Position numbers and translations under genes: made by a program. Positions 1-11,817 of a DNA stretch of 64,000 nt are shown here, piece after piece. The stretch's first letter is position 1; the number at the start of each line of letters is the position of its first letter. This DNA comes from Kiritimatiellia bacterium (GTDB lineage Bacteria > Verrucomicrobiota > Kiritimatiellia > RFP12 > JBMNHG01), in assembly GCA_050950285.1 (NCBI GenBank), contig JBMNHG010000002.1:1010654-1074653 (forward strand), written 5' to 3'. The notes under the pieces were generated by a model that saw only the letters and a list, made by a program, of their open reading frames with translations, was not told the origin of the DNA and made no database searches.

Positions 1-1203
1 CACCGACGGCGCCCGGAAAAACACCCAACCAACAGAGACGAGCAAAAACGTCAGACACATCTGCAGAGTTTCAGTCAATGTCGGGAATTTCCGATCATGC
101 GCGACGATATTGAGGTGTTTACGGTTACGGTTAACCAGCAAAAGCGGAAGAAACAACACCGCATTGTACACCCCCCAGGTCAGATACGTCCAGTTTGCGC
201 CATGCCACAGGCCACTAACGCAAAACAAAACAAGGATGTTGCGCATCGTCAGCACCTTGCCTACACGGCTTCCGCCCATCGGGATATACAAGTAGTCTCT
301 AAACCAGGTGGAGAGCGAAATATGCCAGCGCCGCCAAAATTCGGCGATATCACGCGAAAAATAGGGATAATTGAAGTTCCGCATGAGCTGTATGCCGAAT
401 AGCCGTCCACAGCCGACGGCAATATCCGAATACCCGGAAAAATCACCGTAAATTTGGAAGGCAAACAATACCGCCCCAAGAATAAGAACCGAACCATCCT
501 GCATTTCGTAGGTCGCAAAGATCCTGTCAACCAGTGGAGCGCAACTGTCGGCAACCACCATTTTTTTGAAAAAACCCCATAACATCTGGCGACAGCCGTC
601 GACAGCTTGAGCATAATTGAACGTGCGCGGCACAAGAAACTGGGGCAGCAGGTTTGTCGCTCGCTCGATGGGGCCAGCAACCAATTGCGGGAAAAAACCG
701 ACATACGCAAAAAAGGCAATTATATCGCGAGTCGGCTTGATTTGGCCTCGATAGACATCGATCGAGTAGCTGAGTGCCTGAAACGTATAGAAGCTGATTC
801 CAACCGGCAGCATAATCTCCAAGGTTGGCGGGTGCAAGTCCAGCCCAATAAAACGGAATGCCTGCAGAAAACTCTCAATAAAAAAATTATAGTATTTGAA
901 GAATCCAAGGATCCCGAGGTTTAAGACGACGTTTGCCACCATGACATATCTGCGGTGATTGCGAAAAACAGCCGCCCGGCACGGCGTGTCTTCCTTGTCT
1001 CCCATCAAGATGCCGCTTAGCCAGCTGCAAAAGGAGGTGAGGGCGATCAGCAATAGAAAACGCCAGTCCCACCACCCATAAAAAATGTAACTGGCAACAA
1101 CAACGAACAGATTCTGTAAACGCAGATTCCGGTTGAAAACAAACCAGTAGAGAAGGAAAACTACCGGCAAAAAACAGAGAAATGTCAGGGAGTTAAAGAG
1201 CAT
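1..1203 (-). CDS. MBOAT family O-acyltransferase (AlgI/DltB-like); 3' end runs off the window
   Basis: Translated by hand from ATG at 1203: MLFNSLTFLCFLPVVFLLYWF...YGWWDWRF...LPVGISFYTFQALSY...FFPQLVAGPIER...EFWRRWHISLSTWFRDYLYIPMGG...GWVFFRA. Missing from the ORF track because there is no stop inside the window. Visibly more AT-rich than the rest of the window. Confidence 0.92.
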   Translation of the reverse strand, partial: MLFNSLTFLCFLPVVFLLYWFVFNRNLRLQNLFVVVASYIFYGWWDWRFLLLIALTSFCSWLSGILMGDKEDTPCRAAVFRNHRRYVMVANVVLNLGILGFFKYYNFFIESFLQAFRFIGLDLHPPTLEIMLPVGISFYTFQALSYSIDVYRGQIKPTRDIIAFFAYVGFFPQLVAGPIERATNLLPQFLVPRTFNYAQAVDGCRQMLWGFFKKMVVADSCAPLVDRIFATYEMQDGSVLILGAVLFAFQIYGDFSGYSDIAVGCGRLFGIQLMRNFNYPYFSRDIAEFWRRWHISLSTWFRDYLYIPMGGSRVGKVLTMRNILVLFCVSGLWHGANWTYLTWGVYNAVLFLPLLLVNRNRKHLNIVAHDRKFPTLTETLQMCLTFLLVSVGWVFFRAPSV

Positions 1204-1548
1204 GGGTCAAGTATTCCGATTAACATGGCGAATCCAACGGGAAAAGCAATTCTTTGGCGAAAAACACGATCATTCCATCGGGCGATACCGGAACCACTCC
1301 GACATTCCACCGATGGAGGCAAGCGTGCATGGTTTAGGGATGGCGTCAACCCCGCTCTGTGTAAAAAGTGCTGATCCCGGAGCCGTCTGCCTGTAGCCTA
1401 ACATGCATTATAAACGATGCCAAGGCGTGTAACCGCACAACCCCGAGGCCGGAAGTGGTAATGTACACCACACTACGGCAGATCGTCCAATGAATTCCGT
1501 TGCCCCCGCAGGGGCCTCGCAGGCGGAGGTGTGGTTCAAAATAGCTGG

Positions 1549-1682
1549 GGCTCTTGCAAAACCCGGCCGGACGACACGGAGGTCGTTCCTCCATCCATCC
1601 GGCCCGCCGGGGACGGCGGTCCCCAGGGGCGGGTCTGGAGGGTCGGGCTCTGTCCCGACCGGCAAGGGGTTTTGCAAGTGCC
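1549..1682. mobile_element. 134-bp MITE-like element with 16-bp terminal inverted repeats enclosing an inverted pair of REP-like hairpins
   Basis: GGCTCTTGCAAAACCC (1549-1564) and GGGTTTTGCAAGTGCC (1667-1682) are 15/16 complementary. Inner inverted GGAG-hairpin units lie at 1566-1593 and 1636-1663, around a central GGGGAC-GGCG-GTCCCC hairpin. Confidence 0.65.
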
Positions 1683-1805
1683 TTGGCGGATAGGTAGCGG
1701 CAATCTGGCGGAGTGTTTCGTCCGGCTGAAAAAAGCGCGTGATGTTGTTGGTACTGGATATGCAGCCGACTCGACCTGCCACAACCTGTAGGATGCCCGT
1801 TCCTG

Positions 1806-1905
1806 GTCGACTATCGGGCCAGCATGGCCGAATTGGACCGCCGATTTGCGACACAGGAAGCCTGCCTGGCTTATTGGTTGACTCCCGGTGTGTTGACTCC
1901 CGGTG
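1806..1905 (+). pseudogene. Possible IS1595-family transposase N-terminal remnant
   Basis: Reads VDYRASMAELDRRFATQEACLAYW, resembling the 'DYP....E...RF.TEEAC..YL' start of IS1595-type transposases. It stops resembling them before the CxxC zinc ribbon, at a duplicated GTTGACTCCCGGTG. Confidence 0.4.
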
Positions 1906-1931
1906 GAGCAATCCACTATCATCAGGATGCG

Positions 1932-3452
1932 ATGAAAAACAAGCCTTTGCCTCCAGGCGATTACGCCGCCTTTGTGCATGTTTCGGATGGTGCGGATCGC
2001 GTCCGGCGATCCCTGGCTTCCCTGTCCCGGTGCGTTGCCGACTGGCGCCGCCAGGCCGAAGCCGGCGACACCCGCGCCGTGCTGGCGCTCGCCTGCGTCG
2101 CCGCCACGGGCGTCGTCGGCGGCGGGCGCGATCTGGAACGCGCCGCCGCCGGTTTCCGCAAGGCCGCCGAAGCCGGCGATTCCATGGCGATGTTCCTGCT
2201 GGGCGAGATGTACGAGGTCGGCGAGGGCGTCGAGAAGGATCCCGTCCTCGCCGCCTCCTGGTTCGACAAGGCCGCCGCGCTCGGCCATGCCGGCGCCATC
2301 CGCGCCCTCAAGACGCCCCTGCCTCCCGATGCCGTGCCAGTGAGCACGGCATGGCGCAATGTCAAGCCCTATCGCATCGAAGCCTTCGGAGCGCGCATCG
2401 GCAACGCCGACGCCATGGCGTACCACGCCGAACGCATCGCCTTGGGCGCCGGCACCAGTGGCGAAGTGGTTGGGATGCGGTGGGCCGAAATGGCTTTCGC
2501 CGCAGGCTCCAGCTTCGCGCATCCTGTCCTCGCCGGCTTCCTCATGCGCGGCGTCGCTGTTCCCAAGGATCTGAAGAAGGCCGCCGAGTTGCTCCTCCCC
2601 GGCGCCGAGGCCGGCGACGAGCCTTCGATCCGCCAGTGCATCACCCTCTATGAGTACCCGGATGCCCCCGGCCGTCGGCCGCTCGTGGAGGCCTACCGCT
2701 GGAGACTGCGCCTTCTGGCGCTGTACCCTGACGACCCCGCCCAGCTCAACGATTGCGGCAACGCCTGTTTCACGATCGCGATCCGCGGCCGACGCGCTCG
2801 AACCCTGCCACTCCGAGAGATCCGGGACATGCTGAATGTCGCAAGTTTGAGCAGTTCGCTGCTCGCCCGTCTCCTCGGTGCGCTGCGCCTCGATTCCTGG
2901 CGTTGCGATTGGTTCCGGAAGGCACTCGGCCACTACCGCCGCGCGGTGGAGCGACACGATCCCCAAGCGCTCACCAACCTCGGCGATTTCGCTTTCCTCG
3001 GTATCGGCGGCGAACCCCGCGACGAAGCCGAGGCCTTCCGTCGTTACACGCGTGGCGCGGACGCCGGCGATTGGCATGCGGTCGTCAACCTCGGCGTGAT
3101 GCTCTGCAAGGGCTGGGGTTGCGAAGCCGACCCCGCTCGCGGACGGGAATTGTTGCGCAAGGCTGCCCAGGCCTCCGGGTTGGCCATGCCAGAAGTCATG
3201 CTCTGGATCTGCTTTCTAGACGACGACGAGTCTTCTCGGTCCGATTGGCCCGAAGCCAGCCAGGTCTCTCAGGCGAATAACGAGTTCCACTATCCAGCCG
3301 CCAATCGGGCTATTACGCAGTACTTAAAGCAGTACTTAAAAGGGATTGTCAAGTCGCTTGCTTGCCTCTTGGTCTTCATCGCGGCGGCCTTGGTCTTCAT
3401 CGCGGTGGTGATTGTCTTGCTCTGGCGCCTGGTGGCCTGGGCGTTCGCCTAG
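1932..3452 (+). CDS. Sel1-like repeat (SLR/TPR) protein with a C-terminal transmembrane anchor
   Basis: Repeated motifs AMFLLGEMYEVGEGVEKD...A..WF.KAA..G, ALTNLG....G.G...D..EA...Y..GA..G and AVVNLGVM...G.G. Hydrophobic C-terminus. The start may instead be 1824. Confidence 0.85.
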   Translation: MKNKPLPPGDYAAFVHVSDGADRVRRSLASLSRCVADWRRQAEAGDTRAVLALACVAATGVVGGGRDLERAAAGFRKAAEAGDSMAMFLLGEMYEVGEGVEKDPVLAASWFDKAAALGHAGAIRALKTPLPPDAVPVSTAWRNVKPYRIEAFGARIGNADAMAYHAERIALGAGTSGEVVGMRWAEMAFAAGSSFAHPVLAGFLMRGVAVPKDLKKAAELLLPGAEAGDEPSIRQCITLYEYPDAPGRRPLVEAYRWRLRLLALYPDDPAQLNDCGNACFTIAIRGRRARTLPLREIRDMLNVASLSSSLLARLLGALRLDSWRCDWFRKALGHYRRAVERHDPQALTNLGDFAFLGIGGEPRDEAEAFRRYTRGADAGDWHAVVNLGVMLCKGWGCEADPARGRELLRKAAQASGLAMPEVMLWICFLDDDESSRSDWPEASQVSQANNEFHYPAANRAITQYLKQYLKGIVKSLACLLVFIAAALVFIAVVIVLLWRLVAWAFA

Positions 3453-3641
3453 AGCCCTGTTTCGCAAATGGGGTTGTCCAAGGACTCCTCCGCGAGTTTG
3501 GGCGACGATCGGACACCCCTCTGGAACAATCCAGCACAAGGCGGGACGATCCAGGGCCGATCCAGGGGCGCCACTTTTTTGTTCCTTATCCGCGTGCGGG
3601 GATGGTATGCTATCCCCTTTGTTTTTCCAGGAACCTTCCCC

Positions 3642-5438
<1,797 letters not shown>

Positions 5439-5523
5439 CCGCATCCCAGGAACCGGGGCCGTCGTCGCCCCTCCAAGCCTTCCGGCTTCCTCCGTTGTCT
5501 CGGGCCGCGAAGGGCGGGCGGGG

Positions 5524-5951
5524 TCATCCGAAGAGTTCGGAGGGGTCGTCGACGAGGCTGCGGCCTGCGTCCTGGATGGTGGCGATGGCCTTGTCGGGAT
5601 CGTCGAAGCGGAAGACCATCATGGCGTCGCCGGCGCTGCGGGCGGTGAAGGCGTACATGTATTCGATGTTCACGCCTGCGGCGGTGAACAGGTCGAGCAT
5701 TTCGACGAGGCCGCCCGCGCGATCGGGCACCTTGACCGCCACGACCTGCCGGACGTTCACGAGGAAGCCGGCCTTTTCGAGGACCTCCTTGGCGTACTCC
5801 CAATCGCGCACGATGATACGGACGAGGCCGAACTGCTGGGTGTCGGCCAGCGACAGGGTGGTGATGCTCACGCCGGCGTCGGCGAGGGTGCGGCAGATGG
5901 CGTTCAGGTGGCCGGGCTTGTTCTCGAGGAAGATGGAGAGCTGGGGGATCT

Positions 5952-5955
<4 letters not shown>
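5524..5955 (-). CDS. ACT-domain amino-acid-binding protein (paaK-associated)
   Basis: MKIPQLSIFLENKPGHL...LSLADT..FG.VR...VPDRAGGL...NIEYMYAF. Its start overlaps the paaK stop. Confidence 0.9.
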
Positions 5956-7313
<1,358 letters not shown>

Positions 7314-7377
7314 GGGGGATACCTTTGGATGGTGGTCATGGAAAAGCGGCGCGCCGTTTTTTCCGGTGTACGGCGGA

Positions 7378-8205
7378 TCACTCCCCGACGAGGTCGTCCA
7401 GCTCGACATCGCCGGTGAAGACGAGCTTGGCGGGGCCGAGCAGGGTGAGACGGGTACAGCGGTTGTTGCGCCAGTCGCCGTCGACCTCGAGCTCGAAGCC
7501 GGACGAGGTATGGAGGCGGATGGGCATGGTGAAGCCGAGCGTCTCGACCGCGACCACGGCGCAGGCCACGGCCCCGGTTCCACAGGCGCCGGACTCGGCT
7601 TCGACGCCCCGCTCGTAGGTGCGCATCTGGATGGTGCCCGGCGCCTGGCAGCGCACGAAGTCCACGTTCGTGCCGGCGGGCGCGAAGGCGGCGTGCTGGC
7701 GCAGGGCTGCGCCATCGCGGGCCACATCCACGGCGGCGGCGTCCGCCACCGGCACCACGAAGTGCGGCACGCCGGCCACGATGTAGTGGCCGTGCACCGT
7801 ACCGTCCTCCACCTGGATGTCGAGGCCGTAGCGGCGGCCGGACGGGTCGGGCATCCAGACGCGCACGTTGTTGTTTTCTTCGATCCGTGCGTCGAGGCGC
7901 CCGGCAAGGGTTTCGATGGTCATGCTGCGGCCGGCGATGCCGAGATGGTGGGCGTACCACGCCACGCAACGCGATCCGTTGCCGCACATCTCCGCCTCCG
8001 CGCCGTCCGGATTGAGGAAACGCATGCGGAAATCCGCGACCTCGGAGGGCTGGACGAGGAGGATCCCCTCGCTCCCCACGCCGGTGCGGCGGGCCGCGAG
8101 GGCGACCATGCGACCGTAGTCCTGCCACGGGACGTGGCCTTCACGGTCGTCGATCACGATGAAGTCGTTCCCGGCCCCATGCATTTTGGCGAAATGGATC
8201 TTCAT
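7378..8205 (-). CDS. dapF: Diaminopimelate epimerase
   Basis: FAKMHGAGNDF, NPDG.EAEMCGNGSRC, GVPH, GTNVDF, RTYERGVE.E..ACGTGA. Confidence 0.96.
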   Translation of the reverse strand: MKIHFAKMHGAGNDFIVIDDREGHVPWQDYGRMVALAARRTGVGSEGILLVQPSEVADFRMRFLNPDGAEAEMCGNGSRCVAWYAHHLGIAGRSMTIETLAGRLDARIEENNNVRVWMPDPSGRRYGLDIQVEDGTVHGHYIVAGVPHFVVPVADAAAVDVARDGAALRQHAAFAPAGTNVDFVRCQAPGTIQMRTYERGVEAESGACGTGAVACAVVAVETLGFTMPIRLHTSSGFELEVDGDWRNNRCTRLTLLGPAKLVFTGDVELDDLVGE

Positions 8206-8221
8206 GGCGGCGCTCCCCTTT

Positions 8222-10462
8222 CTACTCGAAGATTCGGCGCATCAGTTCGAGCATGCGCTGCTGGCGGTCGTCGACAGGCGGGAAGAGGTCTTCCATGCCC
8301 TGGAGGTCGACCAGGTGGGAGAGGATGGCGAGCCCCTCTTCGAGCACGGCGTCCTCGCGCGGATCGTCCTGCCCGGCGTCCGCGGCGTCCGGATCGTCCG
8401 CGGCATCCAGGGCGGGATCCCCGCCCGCGGCCTCGCGGAGGGCGCGCTCTTCTTCGACGAGGGCGCGCCGTTTCTCGAGTTGCAGCGGGAAGGTGGTGCG
8501 TTCCTGCGCCTGGCGCGCGAGGTCGACCACCCCCAGGTAGCGCTGGAAGGATTCGCTGGAGGCGCGCCGCTCCTCGGAAGCGGCCGCGAGTTCGGGAATG
8601 TACGCGGAAAGGTCGGCGACCTTCTGGTATTCGGCGTTGAAGACGGTCGTCCAGGGCATCGCGTTGGGGAGGTTGGCCTCGCCGAGCTCCATGTAGTCGA
8701 AGGGGGACGGGAGGACGATGTCCGGAACGATGCCCCGTTGCTGGGTGGATGCGCCGGAGACGCGGTAGAAGGTGGCGGTGGTGACCTTCATGGAGCCGTA
8801 CGCCTCGGACCGGCCGACGGGCAGGACGGTCTGGACGGTGCCTTTGCCATGGGTGGAGGCATCGCCCACGATCACGGCGCGGCCGTAGTCCTGGAGAGCC
8901 CCGGCGACAATCTCGGAGGCGGAGGCGCTGAGGCGGTCGACGAGCACCACCATCGGCTTGCGGAAGGCCACGGCGGGATCGCGGTCGATCAGCTGCTGCA
9001 CGCCGCGGATCTCCCGGACCTGCACGACGGGCCCATACCGGATGAAGAGTCCGGCGAGGAGGATGGCTTCGCGAAGGGAGCCGCCCCCGTTCCCGCGCAA
9101 ATCGAGCAGCAGGCCCTCGACGCCCTCGTTGTTCATGTCCGCGAGAATCCGGGCCACATCGTAGGCGCAGCTGCGGAAGCCGGGAGTGCCGGGACGGGTG
9201 TTCACGGAGCCGTAGAAGGCGGGGAGGCGCACGACGCCGAGGAGCCGGTCGGCGTCGCCGAACAACGTCACCCGCTCCACACGGCCGGTCGCCGCCTGTT
9301 CCTCGAGTTTGATTTCGTCGCGGACGAGGTCGATGAGGCGGCCGTTGGGGTCGGTGTCGTTGATGACGCTCAACACCACCTTCGTGCCCTTTTCGCCGCG
9401 GATCTTCCGCACGGCCTTGGGGAGCGGGAGGTGGAGGATGTCTTCGATGGGCTCGTCGCCCTGTCCCACGCCGATGATCCTGTCGCCCACGCGCAAGCGG
9501 ATGTCGCGCTCGTCGCGGTCGGCGGGGCCGCCGGGAATGATGTCGACCACCTTGGCGGTGCCCTCCTCGGAGGAGAGCGTCGCGCCGATGCCGCAAAGAG
9601 AGAGGTTCATGTCGATGTTGAAATCGTCCACGGACGTCGGGGCCATATAGCCGGAATGCGGGTCGAAGGCGGCGGCGACGGAGCAGAGGAAGCGCTCCAC
9701 GAGCCAGTCTTCGTCGTGGTCGGCCACGAAGATGGCCAGGTTCCGGTAGCGTTTCGCGATGAACTCCTCGGGCGTGGGCTTTTTCATCGGCGCCGGAGCC
9801 TCGGGGTCGGGGTCGGCTTCGGGAGCGGGGCCGGTTTCGGGCGCGGGGTCGGCTTCGGGCGATTCGGCGGGCGGCGTCTCGGCCCGGGCCGTCTCGTTCG
9901 TCTGGGCTTCGTCGGCGAGAAGGCGCACGAGGTATTCGTTGGTGATGCGGCGGCGCCAGAGGTCGTCCCGCTCCTCCGGGGTGGCGGGCCATGGGGCGTC
10001 CTTGCGCTTCCAGGTGTATTCCTCGTCCGCCGTCAGGTCGAACCCGGCTTCGAGCGTGCGGGCCACGAACGCCTCGCGATCCGCGACACGCTCGCGGTAG
10101 ACGTCCATCACCTCGTGCGCAAAGGAAAGGTCGCCTTCGCAAAGCATGTCGTCGATCAGCTCCCGCGACGCCTCGAAACGGGCGATGTCGGATTCCATGA
10201 AGTAGATGCGTTCGTAGTCGAGAGACGTCAGGAAGTTCGTCCACGCAACGGCCGAAAGCGCATCGTCCAACGCGGCGCGCGACAGGTGCGCCCGGGGAAG
10301 TTTCTGGGCAAAAAGCCGGACGATCTCCGGATGCAAGCCGGCCTCCTCCGCAGGATCTTCTTCGGAGGGGATGGGCTCCCAGGCGCAGGCCTGGGTCAGG
10401 GAGAGGATGAAAAAGGAAACGGCAAGGGCGCCGTTCCGGATGACAGCGAAATGTTTCATCAT
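8222..10462 (-). CDS. Carboxy-terminal processing (tail-specific) protease, S41A/Prc-like, with signal peptide
   Basis: DPHSGY, L.GIGATL (PDZ), IRGEKGTKV.L, LLDLRGNGGGSL, SASASEIVAGALQDYGRA, THGKGTVQ, FYRVSGASTQ..GI.PDI. Confidence 0.93.
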   Translation of the reverse strand: MMKHFAVIRNGALAVSFFILSLTQACAWEPIPSEEDPAEEAGLHPEIVRLFAQKLPRAHLSRAALDDALSAVAWTNFLTSLDYERIYFMESDIARFEASRELIDDMLCEGDLSFAHEVMDVYRERVADREAFVARTLEAGFDLTADEEYTWKRKDAPWPATPEERDDLWRRRITNEYLVRLLADEAQTNETARAETPPAESPEADPAPETGPAPEADPDPEAPAPMKKPTPEEFIAKRYRNLAIFVADHDEDWLVERFLCSVAAAFDPHSGYMAPTSVDDFNIDMNLSLCGIGATLSSEEGTAKVVDIIPGGPADRDERDIRLRVGDRIIGVGQGDEPIEDILHLPLPKAVRKIRGEKGTKVVLSVINDTDPNGRLIDLVRDEIKLEEQAATGRVERVTLFGDADRLLGVVRLPAFYGSVNTRPGTPGFRSCAYDVARILADMNNEGVEGLLLDLRGNGGGSLREAILLAGLFIRYGPVVQVREIRGVQQLIDRDPAVAFRKPMVVLVDRLSASASEIVAGALQDYGRAVIVGDASTHGKGTVQTVLPVGRSEAYGSMKVTTATFYRVSGASTQQRGIVPDIVLPSPFDYMELGEANLPNAMPWTTVFNAEYQKVADLSAYIPELAAASEERRASSESFQRYLGVVDLARQAQERTTFPLQLEKRRALVEEERALREAAGGDPALDAADDPDAADAGQDDPREDAVLEEGLAILSHLVDLQGMEDLFPPVDDRQQRMLELMRRIFE

Positions 10463-10605
10463 AGAATAAATCGGATGAAGGAGAATGCGCCGGCGTACCG
10501 GCACACGGCAAAAGGCGTGACCCGTGTCTCAGGTGCGAAGACCCGTCACGGCGTCACCGACGGAAAAAGGGGATGGACTTCATGGAGTCCATGTTCACGA
10601 GTGAA

Positions 10606-11682
10606 TTATGCACCACCGGGGAAGGCGGCGTCCACCATCTTCTTCACATCGTCCAGCGTCCGGAGCCCGTTTAACCGCCCCCTCAGCGCGGAGGCGCCGG
10701 GCACGCCGGCGAAGTACCGGAAGAAATGTCGGCGGAAGGCGGCCACGGTGCATTGCTCGGGGGAGTATCCCCTCCTTCGGCGCCCTGCGCGGCGCGCCGC
10801 GATCTGGCGGCGGAGTTCGAGTTCGCCCTGGATGTGCGCCTCGAGCACGCGGCGGATTTCGGCAGGCGGAACCTGCGGGACGCGGCGCCCGTCCCGGGCG
10901 GCGCCGGCTTCGGCGGATGCTCCGATGCCGCCCGCCTCCCCCTCCAACGCGGAACGCATCCCGGCGAAAATCCACGGATTGCCCATCGCGCCGCGCCCGA
11001 CGAGCAGGGCGTCCACGCCGGTTTCCTCCGCCATGAGCACCGCGTCCGCCGCGGTCAGAAGCCCCCCATTGCCCGCCACGGGAATCCGCGCGCGCCGCTT
11101 CACCTCCGCCAGCAGGCCCAGATCCACCGGACCCCCGTGGCCCTGCGAGGCGAATCGCCCGTGTACCGCAAGGGAAGAAGCCCCCGCCTGTTCGACGGCG
11201 TCTAGGATTTCGAAGATGGCCACCCGGTCGGGGGAAGGGCCCAGGCGCGTCTTCACGGTGACGGGCACGGCGCCTGCAGCGGAACGCATGGCGGCGACCA
11301 TCGCGCCGATCTTCGCGGGATCGTGGACGAGCGCGGCCCCCGCCCCGGTCGAGACCACCTTGCGGACGGGGCATCCGGCGTTCAAATCGATCGCGCAGAA
11401 GCGCCCCGTCGCGGCGGCCAGCCCCGCGGCCTCCCCCAGCGTAGCGGGATCGGAACCAAAAAGATGCGCGGCCACGGGGCCTTCGTCCGGCAACGTCTCC
11501 AGCAGCTCCCACGTAGCCCCCCCCGCTCCCGGGAAACGAGCCGCTTCACGGACCAACGCCATGGAATGCGCCATCTCGGTAAAGGTGCGTTCCGCGCCAA
11601 ACGCATGGCAAAGACGCCGCATCGCGGCGTCGGTAAAGCCCGCCATGGGCGCCAGCATCAACCTTGGGACACGGCGTTTCAC
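10606..11682 (-). CDS. dusB: tRNA-dihydrouridine synthase (DusB-like)
   Basis: LAPMAGFTD, IDLNAGCPV.KV...GAGAAL, VTVKTRLG, AVHGR, GNGG, VGRGAMGNPWIF. Start is GTG 11682 or ATG 11694. Confidence 0.88.
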   Translation of the reverse strand: MKRRVPRLMLAPMAGFTDAAMRRLCHAFGAERTFTEMAHSMALVREAARFPGAGGATWELLETLPDEGPVAAHLFGSDPATLGEAAGLAAATGRFCAIDLNAGCPVRKVVSTGAGAALVHDPAKIGAMVAAMRSAAGAVPVTVKTRLGPSPDRVAIFEILDAVEQAGASSLAVHGRFASQGHGGPVDLGLLAEVKRRARIPVAGNGGLLTAADAVLMAEETGVDALLVGRGAMGNPWIFAGMRSALEGEAGGIGASAEAGAARDGRRVPQVPPAEIRRVLEAHIQGELELRRQIAARRAGRRRRGYSPEQCTVAAFRRHFFRYFAGVPGASALRGRLNGLRTLDDVKKMVDAAFPGGA

Positions 11683-11817
11683 GGCCCGCACCATACCATC
11701 CCCCTGCCTCCCATGGCAAACCATCCCATCGCCGGTCCTGCGGCGTTTCCATGCCCCCCCCGACGGCACGCGGGGCCCGGGCCGGCGACCCATGGACAAG
11801 CCCGGGACGAAGGAGGG

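Noticed and set aside
3318..3408. Short tandem duplications at the end of the Sel1 gene (GCAGTACTTAAA twice and a 21-nt unit twice)
   Set aside because: They look like in-frame slippage duplications in a linker and TM segment, with no further structure.
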